Assembly (NCBI GenBank): GCA_951406725.2
Contig: OX597816.1
Coordinates: 181,350,001 to 181,414,000, forward strand
Source of the DNA: Octopus vulgaris
Taxonomy: Eukaryota
Length of the DNA: 64,000 nt
Direction: 5' to 3'
The translations under genes were made by a program, and so were the position numbers. Below the pieces are notes generated by a model that had not been told where the DNA came from, did not search any database, and worked only from the letters and a program-made list of their open reading frames with translations. Shown piece by piece: positions 13,389 through 27,579 of this stretch (position 1 is its first letter; each line of letters starts with the position of its first letter).

Positions 13389-14200
13389 GCTAAGGATAAG
13401 TTATAAGTTGTGAATACCAATTTCTTTCGAACTTCTAATGAAATCAAGGGAATCTACTCTGATCTATTGCGCCAGATTTGCTTCCCAACCAGCAGCTGCC
13501 TACCAATCACTAAAACACCAAACAGTCGCTTAATTATTGGTTTCACTACAACTCGAACTGACCTTAAGAATTAATCTCAGTGATTATCCAATAGCATACT
13601 TATTTAGAAGCTGTACCGTCTTAATACTCTGTGTTATCATGCCCATACGGTTTGGCGTACTCTTTTGTGTCCGTGAAACTTTTAGCAATGCTTATCTGAG
13701 TCAAACTATTAATACAAATATTCAACCTCTATGACGGATATGGAGAGCTCTTTTCTCTTGCGTGTACACCTTATTTAGATATATGTGCGTGTGAGTATGT
13801 ATATATTGTTTAATATGTTTCAATTAAACAAGAGAAAGCTAGACAATTCATTATTATAATTTTATGTATATTATTGATCTTGATATTTATGCATGAAAAT
13901 GCCTTTTAAAATCTGGAGGAATAATAACAAACAAAATTCGATCATAATGAAATCTTGATGTCCTCAGATTGTTGTTCGACTGTTAAATATGTCTCTAAAC
14001 CATTCCCCCCCCCTCTCTCTCTCTCTCTCTCAAGTCTATTTCCGTGAAATGAAATATTTAAAGTGATTGGAATGGCAGCCGACATCTTGCTGGCTCTTTA
14101 AGTCCAGTAGTATTTTATTTTGTGAGCGATTTCGCCTAAATCTGGAAGACGTCATATAGTAAATATTTCAGTTTTATTTTTTCTTCTTCCAAATTTTCTC

Positions 14201-14239
<39 letters not shown>

Positions 14240-14698
14240 CTCTCTCTTTCTTGCTATTTCACACACACACACACACACACATAAACGCACACACAGATGG
14301 CCTGCCCCTAGCTAAGCAAAAATACGTAAATGAAATAATATATACAACAAATGAGATAAGAAGAGCGCCAAAACAATAATTTTTGTTTTACAAACCATAT
14401 TTTTTACCTTACGGTTTTATTATGATTAAATTTAATTTTATTTGTTATTTTTCTAACTTTCTAATCTGCATTTTCTTGCCGAAATATCAATATTAACAAG
14501 GCAGAATATAAAAAACATTATTTCAAATACACATCTTCCCTTACACGCGCGCTCGCGTTCACACACATTTGCATGTGTGTGTGTATAACCATAAATGTGT
14601 TTAAAGGTTTCATAAGCCGGCTAACCAGAAAGGCCCTTTAGTGATACCCGAGTTATCATTAGTATTATCATTACTAATACTATATGTGTGTGTGTGCT

Positions 14699-14753
<55 letters not shown>

Positions 14754-14754
14754 G

Positions 14755-14922
14755 CGACGGTCCTCTTTCAGTTTTCGTCTACCAAATCCGCTCACAAAGC
14801 ATTCGCCGGCTCGACGTTTATAATAGAAGACACTTGCCCAGAATGCCACGCAATAAGACTGAAATTGAAACCATGTGTTATATGGTTGGGAATCAAACTT
14901 CTTACCACACTCACCATGCCTG
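14755..14922 (-). mobile_element. Long-family tRNA-derived SINE, 5' half
   Basis: Matches 23535-23698 (TTTCAGTTTTCGTCTACCAAATCC, GAAGACACTTGCCCA). Confidence 0.75.
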
Positions 14923-15049
14923 TGTGTGTATATGTGTGTGTGTGTATGTGCGCGTGCGTGTATGTATGTATGTATGTATGTATGTATGTATGTATGTATG
15001 TATGTATGTATGTATGTATGTATGTGTGTATGTGTGTGTATGTATACCA

Positions 15050-15728
15050 GTTAAATAATCCAACTAGATACGCGATATGAGGAACGTGGTAGATTATTTT
15101 TCTTGCATACATGATGCTAACATGCTCCTCTGGATGGATAGTGTCAGTGTGCACACACGACAGAGTGCAAAGGATTTAAGAGGAAAACTGGATATAAGAG
15201 GCATCAGATGTTGTGTGCAAGAGAGAAGACTGCGCTGGCTCGGTCACGTGATGCCTATGGATGAGGACGGCTGCGTAAAGAAGTGCCGAGCTCTAATTGT
15301 GGAGGGAAGTTGTGGAAGGGATATACCCAGGAAGACGTGGGACAAAGTGGTGACATTCAGAGGCTGGGCCTCACTGAAGAAAAGACAAGGGGCCAGGAGA
15401 TGTGGCGATTAGTTTTACTCGAAAAGACGCAAAAACTAAGCCAAATCGATGTCTGCCATACATGCAGGCTTGTCTTTTCAGGTGCTGGTGCCACATAAAA
15501 TGCACCCGTGCTGGGACTGCGTAGATGCATCCGTGCCAGTGGCACGTAAAAAGCACTCAGCATACTCTGTCAAGTGGTTGGCGTCAGGAAGGGCATCCGG
15601 TCGTAGAAACCATACCACAACAGACAATTGGAGTTTTTACCGCTCCCTAGTTGGCAAGCTCCATGTCAGACCGTCCAACCCATGTCAGCGTGGAAAACAG
15701 GGGCTAAACGATGATGATGATGATGATA
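15050..15728 (+). mobile_element. RTE-clade LINE 3' end
   Basis: QERRLRWLGHVMPMDEDGCVKKC..VEGSCGRDIPRKTW is an RTE C-terminal signature; (GAT)n tail at about 15710-15728. Confidence 0.75.
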
Positions 15729-15814
15729 TGTAAATATATCATGTGTAAATGTGTGTGTGTATGTGTGTATGTGTTTGTGCGTGAGCTTGTGTGTACGCGC
15801 GTACGCGCAAAGAC

Positions 15815-16074
15815 CCGTGGCTTAGTGTAAGGGTGTTATACTCATGATCACAAGATGGTGATTTCGAAGCCCAGAGCGGCAGTGTGGTGTGTTTTTGAGC
15901 AAAGCATTTCATCTCATATTGCTCCACTCCACTCAGTCGTAAATGAGCAACCATGCGACGGATCAGCATTCTATTCTGTAGGAGTCTCGGCCTACCATTG
16001 GTAGTGCCATTCAAAGGTTGTAACAATGCAAAGAAATGTCTATAACAACATCCAACAGTCTGGTCGATATAGTG

Positions 16075-16075
<1 letters not shown>
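15815..16075 (+). mobile_element. Degenerate tRNA-derived SINE (third family)
   Basis: A-box-like GTGGCTTAGTG and B-box-like GATTTCGAAGCCC; 3' end resembles 25958-26078. Confidence 0.5.
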
Positions 16076-16118
<43 letters not shown>

Positions 16119-16487
16119 TCTCCTTTAGTTTCAGAATTACTACCATTTTGCGGTTTGAGTTTAGCTGCTCTTTCACGTGAGTTGAACGGCCTGTCAGGGT
16201 CATTCCTTAATACTATTGTTGAATATATTATATAGTCTGTGACTATTTCTACTTTCTCACTTGACCGCTGGTTGCAGAAAATTTTTCTTGAATTTTTCTT
16301 GGATTTTTTTGCTACCCTTATATTGATTAATTAATGATTTTTTGACTAATTCTGAAATTATATCAGCAGTTTATATTTGCTGCTGAGTAGATGGTGCGGT
16401 TACGGTGGATTTCGAAAATTTAGGATATATAAACTCGAGGCTTCGATGGTGCTGCCTCGTGTGTATATATTTTCCTTTTCTTTGGCT

Positions 16488-16583
16488 ACTTTACTGATGA
16501 GACAAGCCAATCGTAAACGGATTTAATTTAATTTAATTTAATTCGATTACGTAAAAATGTTGAAACTATGCATGGTACAAAGT
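16488..16583 (+). ncRNA. Type I hammerhead ribozyme, copy 1 (stem I mismatch next to core)
   Basis: actttA CTGATGA gaca..tgtt GAAA ctatgcatgg TA caaagt. Confidence 0.75.
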
Positions 16584-16974
16584 TAAAGGGGATAAATGTT
16601 TTTATTTCTCCTTTAGTTTCAGAATTACTACTATTTTGCGGTTTGAGTTTAGCTGCTCTTTCACGTGAGTTGAACGGCCTGTCAGGGTAATTCCTTAATA
16701 CTATTGTTGAATATATTATATAGTCTGTGACTATTTCTACTTTCTCACTTGACCGCTGGTTGCAGAAAATTTTTCTTGGATTTTTCTTGGATTTTTTGCT
16801 ACCCTTATATTGATTAATTAATGATTTTTTGACTAATTCTGAAATTGTATCCGCAGTTTATATTTGCTGCTGAGTAGATGGCGCGGTTACGGTGGATTTC
16901 GAAAATTTAGGATATATAAACTCGAGGCTTCGATGGTGCTGCCTCGTGTGTATATATTTTCCTTTTCTTTGGCT

Positions 16975-17070
16975 ACTTTGCTGATGAGACAAGCCAATCG
17001 TAAACGGATTTAATTTAATTTAATTTAATTCGATTACGTAAAAATGTTGAAACTATGCATGGTACAAAGT
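16975..17070 (+). ncRNA. Type I hammerhead ribozyme, copy 2
   Basis: Stem I actttg/caaagt, core CTGATGA and GAAA, stem II gaca/tgtt with a long hairpin insert, stem III with palindromic ATGCAT, GUA cleavage after 17064. Confidence 0.85.
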
Positions 17071-17461
17071 TAAAGGGGATAAATGTTTTTATTTCTCCTT
17101 TAGTTTCAGAATTACTACTATTTTGCGGTTTGAGTTTAGCTGCTCTTTCACGTGAGTTGAACGGCCTGTCAGGGTAATTCCTTAATACTATTGTTGAATA
17201 TATTATATAGTCTGTGACTATTTCTACTTTCTCACTTGACCGCTGGTTGCAGAAAATTTTTCTTGAATTTTTCTTGGATTTTTTGCTACCCTTATATTGA
17301 TTAATTAATGATTTTTTGACTAATTCTGAAATTGTATCCGCAGTTTATATTTGCTGCTGAGTAGATGGCGCGGTTACGGTGGATTTCGAAAATTTAGGAT
17401 ATATAAACTCGAGGCTTCGATGGTGCTGCCTCGTGTGTATATATTTTCCTTTTCTTTGGCT

Positions 17462-17557
17462 ACTTTGCTGATGAGACAAGCCAATCGTAAACGGATTTAA
17501 TTTAATTTAATTAAATTCGATTACGTAAAAATGTTGAAACTATGCATGGTACAAAGT
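17462..17557 (+). ncRNA. Type I hammerhead ribozyme, copy 3
   Basis: Same fold as copy 2; predicted cleavage after 17551. Confidence 0.85.
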
Positions 17558-17696
17558 TGAAGGGGATAAATGTTTTTATTTCTCCTTTAGTTTCAGAATT
17601 ACTACTATTTTGCGGTTTGAGTTTAGCTGCTCTTTCAATTGATTTGAACGGCCTGTCAGGGTCATTCCTTAATACTATTGTTGAATATATTATATA

Positions 17697-18429
<733 letters not shown>

Positions 18430-21183
18430 GGTGGGGTTGCCCTGTACGTCCGTGAAGATGTCACACCCATAGTACTGTTGACACACTCAAACTCAGTCTG
18501 TGACACACTGATAGTACACATGAAACAACCGAAAATAGTAATATGTGTCACATATCGGCCACCAGACACCCCTAGTCATGAAGGAGTGTTTGAAGATAGC
18601 CTCAGAAGAATAGAAGTCCTGGACAAACTGGACCAGGGTAACACCATTCTACTGCTGGGAGATTTTAACCTTCCGAAAGTCAAATGGCCAGATGGCCATC
18701 TCCTCCCTGGAATGACATCACTTGAACAGAGACAGACAGAGTCCTTGTTGGCTCTCACACGCAAGTTTTTCATGGAGCAAGCAGTGCTTTGGCCAACAAG
18801 AGGTGAGGATGTCTTGGACCTCTGTTTCACAAGCAACCCGATGCTCATCCACAACATAATGGTAACACCAACAATTCTCTCAGATCACAACTTAGTAGAG
18901 GTAATGATATATGGTATGAGAGAGTTAGGTGAGACGCAGCCATTAGAAAATACCACAGGCCTATCCAGTCTAAACTTCCATAAGGCAAACTGGAAGAAGA
19001 TCAACGAAGAGATCCGAAAACATGACTGGAGTGACTTCATCACCACACAAGACACCAACACACATTTCCAACATTTCATGACAACAATACAGAACATATG
19101 CCATAAGTTTGTCCCGGAGAAAAAAGCCAGCGGGCATAGGAACGTTATTCCCAGAGACAGGAAAATACTTATGAGGCGAAGAGCTAAGCTCTCGAAGCAA
19201 CTGAACGCACGGCAGAGAAACAATGAGGGACTCCACCTGAAACTTTTTGAAACGGAAACTGCACTCAAACTTTCCTATGAGAAGGAGAGGGCAGAGAGAG
19301 AAGCCAGGGCCATAGAGAATATTAAAACAAACCCTAAAGCCTTCTTTAAATTTGCGAAAGAAACCACCTCGGTACACTGCAAGATTGGCCCACTCTTTGA
19401 TAAAAAGGGCTCTCTAACTGAGGACCCCCAAGGGATAAGTGAAATACTAAAGGAACAGTATAAAAGTGTGTTCACATCCCCTCTGGGGCACATGCAAATC
19501 ACAAACCCAGAAGTTTTCTTTGATGCCACAACACTCCAAAACCAAACAACAACCATCGACCACATAGACATAACAGAGAGGGATGTAATATCTGCCATAG
19601 AAGAAATGAGAATAAACTCAGCTGCTGGACCAGATGGATTCCCAGCAGTCCTCCTAAAAACATGCAGGCATGCCCTAGCGGGACCACTGAAGAAGCTCTT
19701 CAGTGGTTCCTTGGCTAACGGTAAACTGCCCAGGGCGCTAAAAGAAGGCACCATATGCCCTATCCACAAAGGAGGGAGTAGAGCAGAGGCCAAAAACTAC
19801 AGGCCAGTCTCCCTGACGTCACACATAAGTAAGGTCATGGAACGAATCGTCAGAAAAAAACTGATCACGTTCCTCGAAGAAACTAACCGTCTCACTGACA
19901 CACATCATGGCTTTCGCCCAGGAAGAAGCTGCCTTACGCAGCTGTTACAACACTACGACTGGGTACTGAAACAACTACTGGATCGCTCACAGGTGGATGT
20001 GGTATATCTCGACTTTGCGAAGGCCTTTGACAAAGTCGACCACGGAGTGATATGTCACAAATTACTCAGACTCGGCATAACAGGAAAAGTAGGTGAGTGG
20101 ATACATGACTTCCTGAAGGACAGAAGCCAGATGGTTGCAGCCAATGGAGCCCTCTCGGGAAAGACACCAATAGCAAGTGGGGTGCCACAGGGCACAGTCT
20201 TGGGACCCTTGCTGTTTTTGGTGGCGCTCTCTGACATGCCCTTGGTAGCACAAACAACATCCCTCACTAGCTATGCTGATGACACAAAGGTAGCACAGGC
20301 AATCAAAAACCCAGCTGATGCTGACCTTTTACAACAAGATCTGGATGCCATATACAAATGGGCTGAAGACAACAACATGCAATTTAATGCTGGTAAATTT
20401 CAAGCCTTACAATATCAAGCTGTAAACACATATACATTACAACACAACTATACTGGTCCAGGAGGGATCGAAATCCCAGTATCGAAATCAATACGGGACC
20501 TGGGGATAGACATGAGTGACGATGCATCTTTTTCTTCACACATCGCGAAGGTGGCGACAATGTGCAGACGACTCACTGGCTGGATCCTGAGGACATTCCG
20601 GACAAGAGACTGCGAGACCATGTTGACACTATGGAGGACATTTGTCCTAAGCCGCCTGGACTACTGCTCCCAACTGTGGTCACCGCATAGTGTCAAACTA
20701 ACCACAGAGCTTGAGACAATCCAAAGACATTTCACCAAGAGGATTTCCACCATGAAAGAAAAGAACTATTGGGAGAGGCTTAGGGAACTCAATTTGTACT
20801 CCTTGGAACGAAGACGAGAGAGATATGCAGTGATATACATATGGAAAATCCTGGAGGGACTAGCACCAAATTTTGGAATTGAGAGCTGTTCCAATCCCCG
20901 TACAGGACGTCACTGTGTGGTGCCAAAGGTCCCGTCTTCCACATCCAGGGTAAGGAGCAGATACTGTAATAGCCTGGGGTTCAGGGGCCCTCAGCTTTTC
21001 AACAAACTGCCAAGAAAACTAAGAGATCTACATGATGCGGATGTGGACATTTTCAAAAAACATCTAGACAAGCTGCTTTCCGGGATCCCAGATGAACCCA
21101 CTGCAAGGTACGAAGGTAACCTAAGGGCAGCAGCTACAAACTCTCTCTTAGATCAGTGGCCAGCCACGGCAAACTGGACTTAG
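18430..21183 (+). CDS. CR1-like LINE ORF2 (partial APE endonuclease + reverse transcriptase), 5'-truncated, frame open
   Basis: GGVALYV, YRPP, GDFN, LDL, SDH (APE); [34 protein letters not shown] (RT); [11 protein letters not shown]; no stop for about 917 codons; no true start codon. Confidence 0.9.
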   Translation, partial: GGVALYVREDVTPIVLLTHSNSVCDTLIVHMKQPKIVICVTYRPPDTPSHEGVFEDSLRRIEVLDKLDQGNTILLLGDFNLPKVKWPDGHLLPGMTSLEQRQTESLLALTRKFFMEQAVLWPTRGEDVLDLCFTSNPMLIHNIMVTPTILSDHNLVEVMIYGMRELGETQPLENTTGLSSLNFHKANWKKINEEIRKHDWSDFITTQDTNTHFQHFMTTIQNICHKFVPEKKASGHRNVIPRDRKILMRRRAKLSKQLNARQRNNEGLHLKLFETETALKLSYEKERAEREARAIENIKTNPKAFFKFAKETTSVHCKIGPLFDKKGSLTEDPQGISEILKEQYKSVFTSPLGHMQITNPEVFFDATTLQNQTTTIDHIDITERDVISAIEEMRINSAAGPDGFPAVLLKTCRHALAGPLKKLFSGSLANGKLPRALKEGTICPIHKGGSRAEAKNYRPVSLTSHISKVMERIVRKKLITFLEETNRLTDTHHGFRPGRSCLTQLLQHYDWVLKQLLDRSQVDVVYLDFAKAFDKVDHGVICHKLLRLGITGKVGEWIHDFLKDRSQMVAANGALSGKTPIASGVPQGTVLGPLLFLVALSDMPLVAQTTSLTSYADDTKVAQAIKNPADADLLQQDLDAIYKWAEDNNMQFNAGKFQALQYQAVNTYTLQHNYTGPGGIEIPVSKSIRDLGIDMSDDASFSSHIAKVATMCRRLTGWILRTFRTRDCETMLTLWRTFVLSRLDYCSQLWSPHSVKLTTELETIQRHFTKRISTMKEKNYWERLRELNLYSLERRRERYAVIYIWKILEGLAPNFGIESCSNPRTGRHCVVPKVPSSTSRVRSRYCNSLGFRGPQLFNKLPRKLRDLHDADVDIFKKHLDKLLSGIPDEPTARYEGNLRAAATNSLLDQWPATANWT

Positions 21184-21265
21184 AGAGGGTAGCAACAAGG
21201 GCGGTGCCCCAGCATGGCCTCAGCCGGATGGCTGAAACAAGTAAAAGAGTAAAAGAGTAAAAGAG
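18430..21265 (+). mobile_element. CR1-like LINE with short 3' UTR and (GTAAAAGA)3 tail, inserted in (TA)n
   Basis: ORF above; tail CTGAAACAA-GTAAAAGA x3 followed by TA repeats. Confidence 0.9.
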
Positions 21266-23294
<2,029 letters not shown>

Positions 23295-23296
<2 letters not shown>

Positions 23297-23695
23297 CTCT
23301 TTTTATTCTCTTTTACTTGTTTCAGTCACCTGACTGTGGCCATGCTGGAGCATCGTCTTTTAGTCGAGAAAATCGCACCCAGGACTTATTATTTGTAAGC
23401 CTAGTACTTATCCTATCCGTCTCTTTTGCCGAACCGCTAAGTAACGGGGACGTAAACACACCAGCATCGGTTGTCAAGCGATGTTGGGGAGACAAACATA
23501 GACACACAAATGCACACACACACATATATATATACGACGGGCTTCTTTCAGTTTTCATCTACCAAATCCACTCACAAGGCTTTGGTCGGCCCGAGGCTAT
23601 AGTAGAAGACACTTGCCCAAGGTGCCACGCAGTGGGACTGAACCCGAAACTGTGTGGTTGGTAAGCAAGCTACTTACCACACAGCCACTCCTGCG

Positions 23696-23698
<3 letters not shown>
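23295..23698 (-). mobile_element. Full-length long-family tRNA-derived SINE
   Basis: Revcomp begins GGCGCAGGAGTGGCTGTGTGGTAAG (A box), GGTTCAGTCCC (B box), CCTTGGGCAAGTG, internal microsatellite, tail CTGAAACAAGTAAAAGAG. Confidence 0.9.
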
Positions 23699-23747
<49 letters not shown>

Positions 23748-23816
23748 AGAATTTTTTGCGTAATAAGATAAAAAAAACCAAGGCTGTATGGATATTAGAG
23801 CATTTATAGATAGAAG

Positions 23817-23868
23817 GTCTTACAGCTGTTTCTAGGATATTAATTAATAATATCCCTTCATCGGAGAC
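23817..23868 (-). ncRNA. Penelope-type minimal hammerhead ribozyme within a (TA)n-flanked element (about 23745-24375)
   Basis: Revcomp gtct CCGATGA agggatatt-attaatt-aatatccta GAAA cagctg TA agac. Confidence 0.75.
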
Positions 23869-24472
23869 GGTGTGAGAGGAAAAATTAAGTCATAGTTAGT
23901 TTAGATGTGATAGAAAATAGAGAGTGAGGTGGAGGAAAGGAATTAGATGCAAGATATGTATGGGTATTGAAGTTGCAAATCCGTTTTATAGGCATAATGG
24001 TATATATGCAATATTCCAATGTCCTTTGAGTACAATCCAAAAGTCCAACAGAGTTTAATATGAGTCCATCCAAATATAGAGTTTATAAACAAAGTAAGAT
24101 TCCCTTAGGAGTGAGATCCAGCCGGTTTTTAAACTTGGTTATTCCCAGTAGAGAATTTATATAGAGTGTTGCAGAGTCAAAGGTTTGTATTTAAAAATTA
24201 CCTAGAAATAGGGAGTGTCTTAGTATGGTTAAATTGGAAACAGGAAGAGAGGAATGAAATAAAGAGAAAAAAAACCTGGAACTTAACTATGGTCTGTCTA
24301 TAGCACTTATTCAGCATTACCTGACGCCTTTGAGTCTCAATGACAACATTATCTCTTCTAACCTCAACTTCCTGCTATATATACATCTATATATATATAT
24401 ACATATATATATATAAAAAATTGAAAAAATTGGAGTCAGCAAGAAGGGGTAAAGTTGGTCGTTTATTTTTCA

Positions 24473-24578
24473 ATCACTACAATTGTTTCCATGCAACGTA
24501 GTTCTCCAGGAGTGCAGGCACTTGAGTACGCAGCTGCTTCCCTGCATTATGAAATCTTGTTGTGTTTCTTCAGGCGCT
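24473..24578 (-). ncRNA. Degenerate Penelope-type hammerhead with long stem II insert
   Basis: Revcomp agcgc CTGAAGA aacacaac...gttgcatg GAAA caattg TA gtgat; stems imperfect. Confidence 0.55.
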
Positions 24579-25057
24579 ATGTAAATATTGTCTCCGTAAG
24601 TTTAAAATCCTCTGTCTCTCGTGGCCTGAATTTAGTAGTAGTCACTGAGCTTATCACGGTGTGTTGTTGTTGAAGGGCTGTTGGCAGGCTGCTTTGAATG
24701 TTGTAGATGTAGTGGGATGGGTTTCTGGTACTGTGTTGCCGTTTTAAAGGGATTGCCATTTTATTTCTTTGTACTGCTGATTTGTTTTTCATGGCTGGAT
24801 ACATATGCGATTTTTCTTTACCTGACCTTTAAGATTCAACGCTCGGACACCCACACATACACATGCACACGCACACATACACACATATACTTATATATCA
24901 ACTTACATACACACGCACGGGCGCACATGCACACACTGACACCCAAATATATATAAATATGTAAATATTCACACACATACATATATCTATATGAATATAT
25001 GTACACATATATACTCGATCGTACACATATGTTCGGTGTGCATACACAAACACGCAC

Positions 25058-25088
<31 letters not shown>

Positions 25089-25189
25089 CTATATCTATAT
25101 ATATAATATATTAATAAATAAAATAAAACATATGCATATATATAAACATATATGTACGTACCTACCTCTACATGTACATATACACGCAT

Positions 25190-25570
25190 ATATGAGTACA
25201 GGACACCAAAAGGACGTCGAACACAATGAGAAACGAAAACATAGACACAAACCAAAGGAACTGGACATATATTTAAAAACAACAAAAAATAGAATACAGG
25301 ACAATTAACACAAAGAAAAAACCCTTCTTCAGTCGCTAAAGCTTTCATCTACTCTACGTTTCGAAGGATAAAAACAAGACGTATCTTCGACAAGAAAACT
25401 TTCCTTCCTGCGAAAAGCAAATCAATTAAAATTCTGAGATCTTTTCGCAGAGGGGTAAAAAATAGTAACAACAGGACAGTAACGACAGTGCAAATTGTAA
25501 ACAGTAGAAGACAGGACAAGGAAAAGCAAGATAAGAAGGGCTGTTGACGCCGAACGAAAAAAATTATTAC
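25190..25570 (-). mobile_element. Dispersed non-coding repeat (homologous to 50100-50450) carrying a permuted hammerhead
   Basis: Shared blocks GTACAGGACA, AATGAGAAACGAAAACAT, TTTCATCTACTC, AAAGCAAAT and AACAGGACAGT; beside TA-rich microsatellite. Confidence 0.75.
25322..25402 (-). ncRNA. Candidate non-circularly permuted hammerhead ribozyme
   Basis: Revcomp aaagttttc..tacg TC ttgtt..cctt c GAAA cgta..gaaagcttt agcga CTGAAGA aggg; all three stems pair but in reversed strand order. Confidence 0.65.
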
Positions 25571-25749
25571 AAACATATATATATATACAAAATTTAGAGG
25601 ATTGACCACTAAAAGTGGACAGCCTGTATGCTAGACGTCAAAATTGGCATTTTCTACGGAGAGTGTGTTCTCAAGAAAAAATTCAGCAAAATACCAAAGC
25701 GTAAAAATAAGCAAGACAAATGAAAATATACAAAATAAAAAGCGAATAC

Positions 25750-25825
25750 CTATGTACTAATTAGTTTCACTTGTTAATAATTTATGTATACGAATACATA
25801 AACATCTGCAAGATCATCAGCTTAG
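25750..25825 (-). ncRNA. Type I hammerhead with extended stem II
   Basis: Revcomp ctaag CTGATGA tcttg..tttatgtat-tcgt-atacataaa..caagt GAAA ctaattag TA catag. Confidence 0.75.
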
Positions 25826-26225
25826 TCTGTCGTTTGCGAACACAATTTTTATGGTACAATTTTGTATGCCAAAAAATTTTAATCTTCGGATTTTTTAAAA
25901 TATGCTAGGCCACTGGTTTTAATTGATTAATATCAATTTCTACCCTTATATATATATTGGCCTGCTCGCTTAGCCAGCGGGGTGGCTTCATTTGAAGGCT
26001 AATACAATGCGAAACGCATTGTGACCAGCGATGTGTAGCAACATCTGATAGCTTGGTCGGTCACGGTGATCACGGTGATATATATATATATATATATATT
26101 TACTTATGTAGGTACATACATTCATGCGCAGGCAAGCACACATACGTATATATATAAAGAGAGAGATACAACCTGGCACACGCACGCATGGGTTGGTGGG
26201 AAGAGGAGAGGGAAAAGCTCACTGA

Positions 26226-26279
<54 letters not shown>

Positions 26280-26784
26280 TCACAGTGCTGAATCTAGAAA
26301 AATGCACATTTGGCGCGGTGGAGACATCTCGGTATTTTCTCAGCATGCTTGTTTACCAAGTTTTCGTTACTTAACAGAATGCACAAGGCTTCCTCAAAGC
26401 ATAAGTCACATACGCCGGATAGCGTATTATATGGGTGCGCATGTTTTATTTTTGCCCATTTTATTTCGTATTTTAGTTTCCTTCTTTGAATCTCTATATT
26501 AGGTCCGCTAGTGACGTTGCGTGTCGCTGCTTATCTTTCGGAATGAGGAGATATGGTTGCGATAACGGACCATGAAATGGTTTCCGGAGGCTCCTATGTA
26601 TGCGTATTTGTGTTATGGTGTGGTAATTGTGAATTTGTATATGATGCTTTTTAGTATGCTTTTGTTCCTAAGCGAACTCAAACACGTCAGATACCCAAAA
26701 GCTCAATGTAAATCTGAAGGTGGACGAGCTTTATTCTGTGCTCTCTACAACGCGCGCGCGCGCGTGTGTGCGTCTTTGATCTTT

Positions 26785-27250
26785 TTTCAGTCATTAGACT
26801 GCGGCAATGCTGGAGCACCGCCCTGAAAACGTTTTAGTCGAATTATCGACTCCAGTACTTATTTTCAAAGCTTGGTACTTATTCTATCGGTCACTTTTGC
26901 CGAACTGATAAGTTACAGGGACGTAAACGCACCAGTACAGATTGTCAAGCGGTGGTGGAGGACAATTACAGACACAAAAACACACACACACGCACACATT
27001 TATGTATATATGTATGCATGTATGTATGTATGTATTTATGTATGTATGTATGTATGTATTTATGTATGTATGTATATATATATACACACACACACACACA
27101 CATACATATACGATGGGCTTCTTTGAGTTTCCGTCTATCAAATCCATACTGAAGGCTTTGGTCAGCCCGAGGCTCTAGTAGAAAATACTTGTTCAAGGTG
27201 CCACGGAATAAAATTGAATTTGGACAAGCTTCTTACCACACAACCACACG
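26785..27250 (-). mobile_element. Long-family SINE (diverged)
   Basis: Collinear with 23295-23698. Confidence 0.8.
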
Positions 27251-27394
27251 CACACATGAGAAGGGTATGTAAAGCCGTTTCATTTTATTGTTTTAAAGTT
27301 GTTGTTTTTTTAAATTAACAACAGAAGTTAATGATGAGTCTATAGTGAAAAGAATTATTGAGTCTACTGAAATTTCAAAGGGAAAGATTTAGTT

Positions 27395-27512
27395 GACTAC
27401 ATCGACCCCAGTGCTGGACTAGGACTTATTTTATAGACCTCGAAAGGATGAAAAGCAAAGACGACCTCGGCGGAACTTAAACCCGGTAAAAATTCTGCCA
27501 GCTCGTCGCCTT
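27395..27512 (-). mobile_element. Short-family SINE fragment
   Basis: GAAAGGATGAAAAGCAAAGACGACCTCGGCGGAA...ATTCTGCCAGCTCGTCGCCTT. Confidence 0.7.
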
Positions 27513-27579
27513 TAGTAGAGTTAATAATAAAGTAAAAATTTATTATAAAATTAACTAATAAGTATCTTCCACTCTGCAA

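Larger units (their letters stand above)
16114..17696 (+). repeat. Tandem array of about 487-bp units (3.2 copies), one hammerhead ribozyme per full unit (retrozyme/Penelope-pLTR-like)
   Basis: ATTTCTCCTTTAGTTTCAG recurs at 16116, 16604, 17091 and 17578; flanked by (TA)n. Confidence 0.95.

Noticed and set aside
16855-16921. Second hammerhead-like motif in the 487-bp unit (CTGCTGA...GAAA with gtttatat/atataaac)
   Set aside because: Core A6 is changed, and stem III and the core-proximal stem I pairs cannot form convincingly
16114-17696. CRISPR array or ordinary satellite
   Set aside because: No unique spacers, eukaryotic context, and the unit contains a ribozyme fold
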